NCBI GenBank assembly: GCA_002269645.1
Contig: NIVC01001020.1
Coordinates: 248,001-312,000, forward strand
Source of the DNA: Macrostomum lignano
Taxonomy: Eukaryota
Reading direction: 5' to 3'
DNA length: 64,000 nucleotides
Shown here: positions 12,273 through 23,500 of the stretch, in pieces
Numbering within the stretch: position 1 is the stretch's first letter
How the letters are laid out: every line of letters starts with the position of its first letter
Position numbers and translations under genes: made by a program
Notes under the pieces: model-generated
Seen by the model: the letters and a program-made list of their open reading frames with translations, nothing else
The model's database searches: none
What the model was told of the DNA's origin: nothing

Positions 12273-15200
12273 TTGATGATGATGTTGATGATGATGGTGT
12301 TGATGATGATGATGATGATAATGATATGATTATGATGATGATGATAATGATATGATTATGATGATGATGATTGTGATGATGATTATCATGATGATGATGT
12401 TGATGATTATAATGATGATGATTATGATTATGATAATGATGATGATTATAATAATGATGATGATAATAATGATGATGATGTTAATTGCAGACATCGCCAC
12501 CTTCTCCACCCCTCCTGCTGCTGTCGCAGATGCCGAGGCCCCTGCAGAAAATGCCAACGACCTTCAGACGGACGGCGCGCCGATTTCGCCCGTGTTTCGC
12601 AGCTCCGCAGCGGTCCGGCGGCATCGGCTATCGTCACAGGCTGCCGCCTCCGCCGCCTCCATTGCCGCGGCAGAGCCGACCATGTCGCTGGCCGAGGCAA
12701 CGTCGTCCAGGCGGCCTCTGTACTCGCTGCGTCCGTTCCAGCCCGCCACGGCCGCCGAGCTGGAGTCGCTGCAGTCGGCGATTCAATGCCTGCTGAGCGC
12801 CGACGAACCGGACGATGTCGGCGAAATTGTCGACCAGTTGGCCGAGGAGTGGCGGTCGGAGCGCAGCCGGCTGCTGCCCACGCTGCTGCTGAAGTCGAAG
12901 CCAGCCGCTGCTGATTGCGACAGCAACTGGCAGCTGCTGGACGGCGCCGAGAACTGGTCGGTGGACGATCTGTTCGCCTCGGCTGAGGACCAGAAGCCGC
13001 CGCCCGAGGACTTGGTGGTGCTGGCTAGCCAGCGGCCGCCCGAGGACTTGGTGGTGCTGGCTAGCCAGCGGCCAACCAAGTTCGGCTCCGTGTTCCAGAG
13101 CCTGCCGCGCTGCTCGCAGAAGCGGGTCAGCTTTGCTATCGCAGATTTGGGCAGCTTAGAGGAACAAAGACCAGTTCAGAAGAATAAAGACCCGGAGGAA
13201 CAAAGACCAGCACAGCAGAATAAAGACCTGGAGGAACAAAGACCAGCACAGCAGAATAAAGACCTGGAGGAACAAAGACCAGCGCAGCAGAATAAAGACC
13301 CAGAGGAACAAAGACCAGCGCAGCAGAATAAAGACCTGGAGGAACAAAGACCAGCGCAGCAGAATAAAGACCCAGAGGAACAAAGACCAGCGCAGCAGAA
13401 TAAAGACCTGGAGGAACAAAGACCAGCGCAGCAGAATAAAGACCCAGAGGAACAAAGACCAGCGCAGCAGAATAAAGACCTAGAGGAACAAAGACCAGTG
13501 CAACCGGTTAGTAGCACCGAGAATGCAACGCCTAGAACAATTGGCCGAATTGGCAGCCTAGGCTTCACTGTGTCTGCAAACAAAGACTACAGCCGCGATT
13601 TGGACAAAGACCTAGAAAAGCAAGTCGCCTTTGTTGTAGTTCCATCTGCCACTGATAATGACAACAAAGACCAGCTTGATGCGGAGTCAGCTGTACCTAA
13701 GACCGCCGCCGCCTCCACTCCTAAAGCCAGTCGGGAGTGTGAAAGGGGGGTACTATTTAAGCCGGACAAAGACCTCAATATCGCTACCCCTAGCCAGTCT
13801 ATTGGAACCATTGGCTGGGTAAACAAAAACCACAATTGCGACATCAAAGCAACAAAGACTACTGCTGTCTGCGCTTCGCCGATGCCTCCAGTACAGAACA
13901 CTCCCATTTGTAAAGATTCGAACAAAGACTCTAAATTGTTTGACTCAGCCGCCAGACGACGAGGCCGCATATTCTCGAAGATCTTCCAGCTGATGCCGGT
14001 CGCAACCCCGGAGGCGCCGACGCCGCTCGCGCGCCGACCTCTGACGGCCTGGTCGGTGGCAGAGCCGGCGGCGGCCCGTGCAGCTGCAGCTCGCAACGCG
14101 GACAACCAGCTGGACTTCTCGGCGGCGCTGCGCCTCCTTGAAGCAACAGACGACAGCGAACAGTCGTCCAACTTGCCCGCGGCTGTTCCGTCCTCTGTCA
14201 CTGCCGACATGTTTCGAATCGAGACCGACCTGTTCCAGCCAGTGGAGCCGTCGGCAGAAGCTTCCCCTGTGTTCGACAAGCTGGGCGCTTCATCTCAGAA
14301 ATTGATGAAGCAGCTGCCCCCAGCCACTCCTCCAAAGTGCAACGGCACTAATGATGACAAGGCTAATAAAATTGATGATGACGAGGACCTATTGATGCTG
14401 GACACAAGCTGGCTTGCCGAATTGACCCAACCGTTGAATTCTCCAGTTTTGCCAAAACAATCGCTTGAAAAGAAAAAGAGAAATGCAAATGATAAGCCTG
14501 CTGCTGCTGCTGCTGCTGGGGAGATAAACAAAGACTGCGACGATGACTTCTTGCGACCTCTGCCGCCCCCGCCTCCTAATCCGGCCACTCCGACTCGTCA
14601 TGCCCGGCTCAGCAGGGCGTCGCCGTCCCGCCCGATGAAGCGAAAATCGACATCCCCGACTCGGCCGGGATCCCCTGAGCTGAACGCCTCCGCCTCCTCC
14701 GCGTCCGCGTCTTCATTTCTTGCCTTGCAGAAGAAGATTCTGGCCAAGAAGAAGCAGAAGCCGAAGTCTTTGTCCAAGTCGCAGGCTCGCTCCCTGTCTT
14801 TGGCAGCCGCTTTGCCGGCTTCTGGAGAACGGGAGGAGCGGCCCCAGCGAGACCCGAGACCGAAGAGGCCTCGGCGACATCGCGGCGGAGGTTGCGACTT
14901 CCTTGACGACGAGGCCGCCCTGACTGACAGCGACGCGGATTTCGTGTCGAGCGATGAGGCATCGGATGCTGCGGACAGCGACGCCGGGTCGAGCTTCGTA
15001 GACGACGCCACCCAACAGGAAGCGGAAACTTCCGCTGTAGCCGCCGCTGGCGGTATGCGCGCAATCTACCTGCGCAGTTTGGCTACTGCGCAGCAGAGTC
15101 CCGCGCGCCGGTTTAAAATCCCCTCTCTGGCTGACCGGCCGTTCAATCCCGCCGAGGTGTTCTCCCAGCTGCCGCGGGCTGGCGTGCCGGAGTCGCCCGA

Positions 15201-15453
15201 GTCCGAGTACCAGTTCGACTCCTTCCTGGTGCCCAACGAGCAGGCCGTCAGCCCCGCCGCCGCCACCGCCAAGTCGCCGCTGTCTGCCGCCATCGCTCTG
15301 GGCAAGCGGCGAGCAAAAGCGGCTGTAAATAATACTACTAAAAGTAGTAAGCAGCAGCAGGCGAAACAGCAACGACGGAGGCTGGTGGTGATTCAGGAGG
15401 ACACACAGTTCTGCGCGGATGACGCGGATAACAGCTCGGACGATTTCCAGTGA
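6388..15453 (+). CDS. FANCM: Fanconi anemia group M DEAH helicase/translocase, about 1852 aa
   Basis: Exons 6388-6684, 7358-7663, 8468-8848, 9434-9640, 10053-10503, 10617-11570, 12491-15453 (5559 nt, phases consistent; intron 3 requires a GC donor). Motifs: WVYPVNFP-VREYQ, LPTGLGKT, VIDEAHKA, LSATPG, VIIFSQYR, GLDIGQVDLIICYD, IQRMGRTGR, and MM3-like FLDDEA...MRAIYLRS. Confidence 0.95.
6830..7330 (+). repeat. 31/35-bp minisatellite, FANCM intron 1
   Basis: Unit GAGATCAATCGGATTAAGAGATTAGGCAGGT. Confidence 0.95.
7815..8455 (+). repeat. 31-bp minisatellite, FANCM intron 2
   Basis: Unit ACAGTGACTCCCCATCTCCAGACCCAAGCCT, about 20 copies. Confidence 0.97.
8990..9330 (+). repeat. Degenerate 21-bp minisatellite, FANCM intron 3
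   Basis: Unit GGGATTTGGGATCAATGTTAT and variants. Confidence 0.88.
11587..12480 (+). repeat. (GAT)n trinucleotide microsatellite, FANCM intron 6
   Basis: About 900 bp of GAT with GTT, then AAT/TAT variants. It explains the poly-Met ORFs. Confidence 0.98.
13159..13500 (+). repeat. Coding 36-bp tandem repeat in FANCM exon 7
   Basis: Encodes (EEQRPAQQNKD[L/P]) about 9-10 times. Confidence 0.95.
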
Positions 15454-15574
15454 TTTTTATTGTTGAGAAACTCCTGAAAGACCTGCGTGAAGGACTGGCT
15501 TGTGAAACCATGCGTTCAATTTTTAAGTCTAGTTGATGAGCACTCATAAAGATGATGACCATTCTTGGAGAACC

Positions 15575-16090
15575 AGTTGAGGACCAGTTAAAGACCACTC
15601 TTAGAGGACCGATTAAGGACCAGTTGAGGACCACTCTTGAAGGACCAGTTGAGGACCAGTTGAGGACCACTCTTAGAGGACCAGTTGAGGACCACTCTTA
15701 GAGGACCAGTTGAGGACCACTCTTAGAGGACCAGTTGAGGACCACTCTTGGAGGACCGATTAAGGACCAGTTGATGACCACTCTTGAAGGACCAGTTGAG
15801 GACCACTCTTAGAGGACCAGTTGAGGACCACTCTTGGAGGACCAGTTGAGGACCACTCTTGGAGGACCAGTTGAGGACCACTCTTGGAGGACCAGTTGAG
15901 GACCACTCTTAGAGGACCAGTTGAGGACCACTCTTAAAGGAACCAGTTGAGGACCACTCTTAGAGGACCAGTTGAGGACCACTCTTGGAGGACCAGTTGA
16001 GGACCAGTTGAGGACCCTCTTAGAAGACCAGTTGAGGACCACCCTTGAAGGACCAGTTGAGGACCACCCTTGAAGGACCAGTTGAGGACT
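15575..16090 (+). repeat. 25-bp minisatellite 3' of the FANCM stop
   Basis: Unit GAGGACCAGTTGAGGACCACTCTTA. Confidence 0.95.
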
Positions 16091-16539
16091 ATGCTCAAAG
16101 ACAAGTTCAGGACCGGGCCTTTCCTTTCTTTTGGCGGCATTTCAATTAAAGTCATAAATCTTGCTCACACAGTTACTGCCTTCATTAACCTGGTCTGTTT
16201 TGCTTTAAAAACTCAATTCTTGCTCGGCTGCAGTTTTACAACTGTCAATTTGCATTTTTACTTCAAAATTTCTATAAGCTTTCGGTAAACAAGTTTGCAT
16301 TTTTTAATCTGAGTAATTGCAATTGAGTTATTCTCGTTATTTATTTCTACTGCTTGCTTGTACATTTGCTGCCGCCTGTGTGAGTTGCTTACAGTTTATC
16401 CCAGAATATATTATCCTATTCAATCATACCGGTTCCATTTTGCACACCCCTGTCAGTCACAGAGACTTCTTGAGTTTTGCTAAACTTTATGGCTTTTGTC
16501 TTTAATCAATTTTCTTTCATTATCTACAAGTATCCCAAA

Positions 16540-16935
16540 TCAGCCAGCCTCCCAGACCCTCTGTTGCTGGGGGCAGCCTCTCAAACCCTCAGTTGCTAGC
16601 GCCAGCCTCCCAGACCCTCAGTTGCTGGGCCAGCCTCCCAGATCCTCAGTTGCTGGGCCAGCCTCCCAGATCCTCAGTTGCTGGGCCAGCCTCCCAGATC
16701 CTCAGTTGCTGGGCCAGCTCCCAGAGTGTCAGTTGCTGGGCCAGCCTCCCAGATCCTCAGTTGCTGGGGGCAGCCTCCCAATCCCCAGTTGGTCGGCCAG
16801 CCTCCCAGATCCTCAGTTGCTGGGCCAGCTCCCAGAGTGTCAGTTGCTGGGCCAGCCTCCCAGATCCTCAGTTGCTGGGGGCAGCCTCCCAATCCCCAGT
16901 TGGTCGGCCAGCCTCCCAGATCCTCAGTTGCTGGG
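16540..16935 (+). repeat. 28-bp minisatellite with a higher-order unit of about 114 bp
   Basis: Unit GCCAGCCTCCCAGATCCTCAGTTGCTGG. Confidence 0.92.
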
Positions 16936-17512
16936 CAGACTAACGCTATAAACCTTTCTAATAATTGCTACATCTAATTATACCTACAGTATGACAATAA
17001 ATGAGTCGAATTTGCTGTGTGACTGTTTACCGTTTTGCAGGAAAACATCTATTAGACCCAGAAAAACATCGGAGTTAACTTTTGTTGATAAACAATGCAC
17101 TCCTGGGCATGGGTTATTTTGATTTTAGCAGCAGACTATTGTGCCACAGGTTCAAGTCTGCCTCTATGCGCGTGTTAGTGGTTACAACCGAGTGTGGCGT
17201 AAAGCAAAGCAACGCTTTTCTGAGTTGTTTCGACCCCAGCGAGTTTGCGCGAGCGTAATTGTTCAATTCAACTTTGTAAAGTGAAGCAACTGCCGTACAG
17301 GTCACCTGCAATGGTCGCTTAGCAACCATGCGCCAACCTCTCCTTTGCATGTCTGCCCTCGTGTTCTAAAAATAGCCCAGCCGTTATAGAGGCACTGGCT
17401 GGCTGGCTTGCAAATTCGCTGTGCATAGAAATGCCTTAACCCTGTCATATAATGCGGCCGCGTCTGTTTAATTCACAGAGCATCTGCAGTTTTTGAGCCA
17501 CCAAAGTGAGAC

Positions 17513-20500
17513 ATGTCTGCGCCAAAGCCTATGCCTACGGGTGAGTGAATGAGCTTTGAAGTAGAGTCTAAGTGTAGGAGCACATCACATAATGATTAAG
17601 GATCAGCTACTCTCTGATTCAGGATCAGGCACTCTGATTCAGGATCAGGCACTCTCTGATTCAGGATCAGGCACTCTCTGATTCAGGATCAGACACTCTC
17701 TGATTCAGGATCAGACACTCTCTGATTCAGGATCAGACACTCTCTGATTCAGGATCAGGCACTCTGATTCAGGATCAGGCACTCTCTGATTCAGGATCAG
17801 GCACTCTCTGATTCAGGATCAGACACTCTCTGATTCAGGATCAGACACTCTCTGATTCAGGATCAGGCACTCTGATTCAGGATCAGGCACTCTCTGATTC
17901 AGGATCAGGCACTCTGATTCAGGATCAGGCACTCTGATTCAGGATCAGGCACTCTGATTCAGGATCAGGCACTCTGATTCAGGATCAGACACTCTCTGAT
18001 TCAGGATCAGACACTCTCTGATTCAGGATCAGGCACTCTGATTCAGGATCAGGCACTCTCTGATTCAGGATCAGACACTCTCTGATTCAGGATCAGACAC
18101 TCTCTGATTCAGGATCAGGCACTCTGATTCAGGATCAGGCACTCTCTGATTCAGGATCAGGCACTCTGATTCAGGATCAGGCACTCTCTGATTCAGGATC
18201 AGACACTCTCTGATTCAGGATCAGACACTCTCTGATTCAGGATCAGACACTCTCTGATTCAGGATCAGGCACTCTCTGATTCAGGATCAGACACTCTCTG
18301 ATTCAGGATCAGGCACTCTCTGATTCAGGATCAGACACTCTCTGATTCAGGATCAGACACTCTCTGATTCAGGATCAGGCACTCTGATTCAGGATCAGGC
18401 ACTCTGATTCAGGATCAGGCACTCTCTGATTCAGGATCAGACACTCTCTGATTCAGGATCAGGCACTCTCTGATTCAGGATCAGGCACTCTCTGATTCAG
18501 GATCAGGCACTCTCTGATTCAGGATCAGGCACTTTGATTCGGAATCAGTCAGGATCACCGTGATTTAGGATCAGTCAGGGTCACTGTGATTTAGGATCAG
18601 TCAGGGTCACTGTGATTTAGGATCAGTCAGGATCACTGTGATTCAGGATCAGTCAGGATCACTGTGATTCAGGATCAGTCAGGATCACTGTGATTCAGGA
18701 TCAGTGAGGATCACTGTGATTCAGGATCAGTGAGGATCACTGTGCTTCAGGATCAGTCAGGATCACTGTGATTCAGGATCAGTCAGGATCACTGTGATTC
18801 AGGATCAGTCAGGATCACTGTGATTCAGGATCAGTCAGGATCACTGTGATTCAGGATGGACATATCGCTTATTGCAAAGCAGTGCAGAGCTAAATGCATC
18901 AGTCACGTGTATGGATAGGGATTAGGGATCATTGTGCGAAACAAAACGTCAGAAAAGTGCACGCGTACGCAACCCCCCTCCACAATGACTCAGAGGTCAG
19001 CCTGGACCTCTGTCACCGGGACAACGGGTTCCTGCACCACACCCGTCAGTACCAGCAGAACGAGGAGGCCCAGGCGGCCCTCGTGGTTCGCCGGGGCGCT
19101 CCCTTCCGCCTGATGTTGAAGTTCAACGCCGAGCTGAACTCGGGGATCAACATCATCGCCTTGACGATGTCGAATGAGAACTACGGGCAGGAGAAGCTGC
19201 GCAGGAGTTGGACGCTGCAGGAGGTGAAGGATGCGGGTTTCTAAATGCACCTGAAGCAAGGGGTATTTTATGGTTAATTTGGGACAGTTTATGCTTAATT
19301 TTGGATATTTTATGGTTAATTAGGGATATTTTGTGGTTAATTTGGGACAGTTTATGGTTATTTGGGACAGTTTATGGTTAATTAGGGATATTTTATGGTT
19401 AATTAGGGATATTTTATGGTTAATTTGGGACAGTTTATGGTTAATTAGGGATATTTTATGGTTAATTAGGGATATTTTATGGTTAATTTGGGACAGTTTA
19501 TGGTTAATTAGGGATATTTTATGGTTAATTAGGGATATTTTATGGTTAATTAGGGATATTTTATGGTTAATTAGGGATATTTTATGGTTAATTAGGGATA
19601 TTTTATGGTTAATTTGGGACAGTTTATGGTTAATTTGGGACAGTTTATGGTTAATTAGGGACAGTTTATGGTTAATTTGGGATATTTTATGATGTTCAAT
19701 TTTTTATAGTTTTTTTGTTACTTTACTTTTGTTTTCTACTGTATGATTGTTGATTAAAGTCTTATGCTACTTAATTTTGAATATTTTACAGTTAAATTGT
19801 GTCATTCCAGTATTATTAATGTTTGGATTCTTTATATTGTTTATTAGTAATATTTTATGATTGCAAATTTGGAATTTGTTGCTAATTTTGGAAGTATTTA
19901 TTGATTATTTCAAATCAAAGGACATTTGGCAGGCTTTGAAAATGTACTTTTCCTGTGTGACCTTCTGCATTCTGCACCGAATCTACATATACAAGAGGGC
20001 AGGCACTCTATTAAATTTAACATTCGAATTATTAAACTCTTAGTTTGGCTTTCAAATTTTTGCCTAAACGACCGGATGCATGGCTGGTTGAATTGACGTG
20101 TCGGTGCAGGACGAATTTGCACCGAAAATACTTCTGCTAGCCACCATTCTGCGCGTGGGCGGGTGTAGCTTCTCAATATGGCTTCTTATGGTTATTTAGG
20201 ACATTGCTTAGTCGTTGCACAGGATTTCCGGTGTCATTTATATTTGATAATTGCACATTGTATGCTTTCGGTGTCACTTGTTAAACAATAATTGCTGTTT
20301 GCTTGTTAAATTTTGCTATATCTTGTCTATTCTCATGGTCGATAATCTTATGGTCAATAGTCTCATGGTTAAAAATCTCATGGTCGATAATCTCACGGTC
20401 GATAATCTCATGGTCGATAATCTCATGGTCGATAATCTCATGGTCGATAATCTCATGGTCGATAATCTCATGGTCGATAATCTCATTGTTGATAATCTCA

Positions 20501-23500
20501 TGGTCGATAATCTCATGGTCGATAATCTCATGGTCGATAATCTCATGGTCGATAATCTCATTGTTGATAATCTCACGGTCGATAATCTCACGGTCGATAA
20601 TCTCACGGTCGATAATCTCACGGTCGATAATCTCATGGTCGATAATCTCATGGTCAATAATCTCATGGTCGATAATCTCATGGTCGATAATCTCATGGTC
20701 GATAATCTCATGGTCGATAATCTCATGGTGAAATCTCACCCCTGTCTTACTTCAGATATCCTCTCAGACGGGGGATGACAAATGCCCGTTCAAAATGAAT
20801 CTGGTGAGTGATGAAAGTAGATTCATGCCAACCCGTACCAGTGCTGCATGAAGTTAACTGCTGTGCTGATCAAATGTCAGGTGAAGAGCAAGTCTGACAG
20901 CACTACACTGTGCGTGCAGCTGAGCGCAGGCTTTGACGCTCCCGTGTCCAAGTACCGAATCACCAAGGTGACCCTGTTCCACTCGCCCAGCCTGGCTGTT
21001 TCTATGGAGGCAAATGTCGAGATTCTGCTGATCTACAATCCCTTTCACATTGGTGAGCTCGGGGCTGTGCAACAGTTATGCCAGCTGCTTAAATATTGTT
21101 TTAACCTGTTAGATATCAGGTCGAACTATGCTAGGTATCAGACTGGAACATGTTGGATACCAGATTAGAACATGTTAGATATCAGATCGGAACCTGTTAG
21201 ATATCAGATCAGAACCTGTTATGTATCAGACTGGAACATGTTAGATATCAGACTGGAAAATGTTAGATATTAGATCGGAACATGTTAGATATCAGCTTGG
21301 AACATGTTAGATATCAGATCGGAACTTGTTAGATATCAGATCGGAACATGTTAGATATCAGCTTGGAACATGTTAAATATCAGCTTGGAACATGTTAGAT
21401 ATCGGACTGGAACATGTTAGACATCAGATTGGAACCAGTCTTGTAGCTTGAGGCAACCTGAGCTTCAAAACCCTTCCAACCCCGAACCAGACGACCCCGT
21501 GTTCATGGGAGTCGACAAGGAGCGCCAGGAGTTCGTGATGGAGGACAGCGGGATGCTGTTCTTGCGCAACCCCGGCACCTGGCGGGGCCCCGGCAAGCCC
21601 TGGTTCTTCGGCCAGGTGAGGCATTGACATTTATAGGGGAGCCTCTCACCCTCTCTCCCTGTCCCCTCTCTCCCCTTAATCTCCTTCCCCTCTCTCCCCT
21701 CTCTCCTCTCGCCTCTCCCCCCTTTCCCCTCTCTCCTCTCCCCTCTCTCCCCTCTCTCCCCTCTCTCCTCTCTCCTCTCTCCTCTCTCCCCTCTCCCCTC
21801 TCCCCTCTCTCCTCTCTCCCCTCCATCCCACTCTCCTTTCCCCTCCACCTTCTCTCTCTTCTCTCCCCTTCCCTCTCGCATTTATCTCCTCTCTCCCTTC
21901 CATCCCCATCCCTCTCCCTCCCTCTCTCCCCTCCATGCCACTCTCCCTCTTTTCCCCGCTCTCTTTTCTTTCCCCCTGCCTTCTCCTCCCCTCTCTCCCC
22001 TCACTCTCCCAACTCTACTATCATCTCCCAGCCCTAGTTCCCCTTCATCCACCCGCTGTTCCCTCGCCAGTTCGAGTCTCCGGTCCTGGACTGCGTGCTG
22101 CTGCTGCTGTCCGGCTCCCAGCTGGCCTGGGAGGAGTGGGCCGACCCCGTCAAAGTGGCCCGCGCCCTGTCAGCCGTGATCAACTCCATCGACGAGGGCG
22201 GCCTGCTGGTCGGCAACTGGTCTGGGAACTACGAGGACGGCCGGAGCCCCACCGAGTGGACCGGCAGCTTGAAGATTTTCCGGGAATTTCACACCAACAA
22301 GCGGCCTGTGATGTTCGGGCAGTGCTGGGTTTTCTCTGGCTGCCTGACTTCGGGTGAGCTGGCAGATGGGGAGAGAAGGGTTGAACATCTTGATAGGGAT
22401 CAGGCGTACACTGGATGAGGAGGGTGTACACTGCCTGATGAGAGAGGGTGTCCATAGCGTGTGAGGGAGGGTGTCCATAGCGTGTGAGGGTGTCCATAGG
22501 GTGTGAGGGAGGGTGTCCATAGGGTGTGGAGGGAGGGTGTCCATAGGGTGTGGAGGGAGGGTGTCCATAGGGTGTGAGGGAGGGTGTCCATAGGGTGTGA
22601 GGGAGGGCGTACACATGTGCATATTGAGACGAGTATGTACATGGGTCGAATGAGACGGATTCTCCCTTCCTCCCGCAACTCCAGCCGGTCGCGCTCTCGG
22701 CATCCCGACCCGTAGCGTTACGAATTTCTCGTCCGCGCACGACACCCACGCCAACCTGCTGATCGACAAGTTCTACCACAGCACCGGCGAGCCGTTCCGG
22801 GACAAAAACAGCGACTCCATCTGGTTGGTTGGGGCTGAGCTCACACTGGGTGTACGCTCTGACTGGTTGTGGATGTACACACTTGACAGAGAGTGGGGCA
22901 GGATGTGTACATACTGTACATGGACTGGGGCAGGGTGTACACACTGTAAATGGACTGGGGCAGGATGTACACACTGTAAATGGACTGGGGCAGGATGTAC
23001 ACACTGTACATGGACTGGGGTAGGATGTACACACCGTACATGGACTGGGGCAGGATGTACACACTGTACATGGACTGGGGCAGGATGTACACACTGTACA
23101 TGGACTGGGGCAGGATGTACACACTGTACATGGACTGGGGTAGGATGTACACACTGTACATAGACTGGGGCAGGATGTACACACTGTACATAGACTGGGG
23201 CAGGATGTACACACTGTACATGGACTGGGGCAGGATGTACACACTGTACATGGACTGGGGCAGGATGTACACACTGTACATGGACTGGGGTAGGATTTAC
23301 ACACTGTACATGGACTGGGGTAGAATTTGCACACTGTACATAGACTGGGGTAGAATTTAGACACTGTACATGGACTGGGGTAGAATTTACACACTGTACA
23401 TGGACTGGGGCAGGATGTACACACTGTACATGGACTGGGGTAGGATGTACACACTGTACATGGACTGGGGTAGGATGTACACACTGTACATAGACTGGGG

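Noticed and set aside
11572-12329. Poly-Met ORFs
   Set aside because: These are translations of the intronic (GAT)n microsatellite, bounded by valid FANCM splice sites.
18894-18993. ATG at 18894 as the transglutaminase start
   Set aside because: The phase-1 donor at 17540 fits the acceptor at 18993 and the upstream residues show no family similarity. It is not fully excluded.
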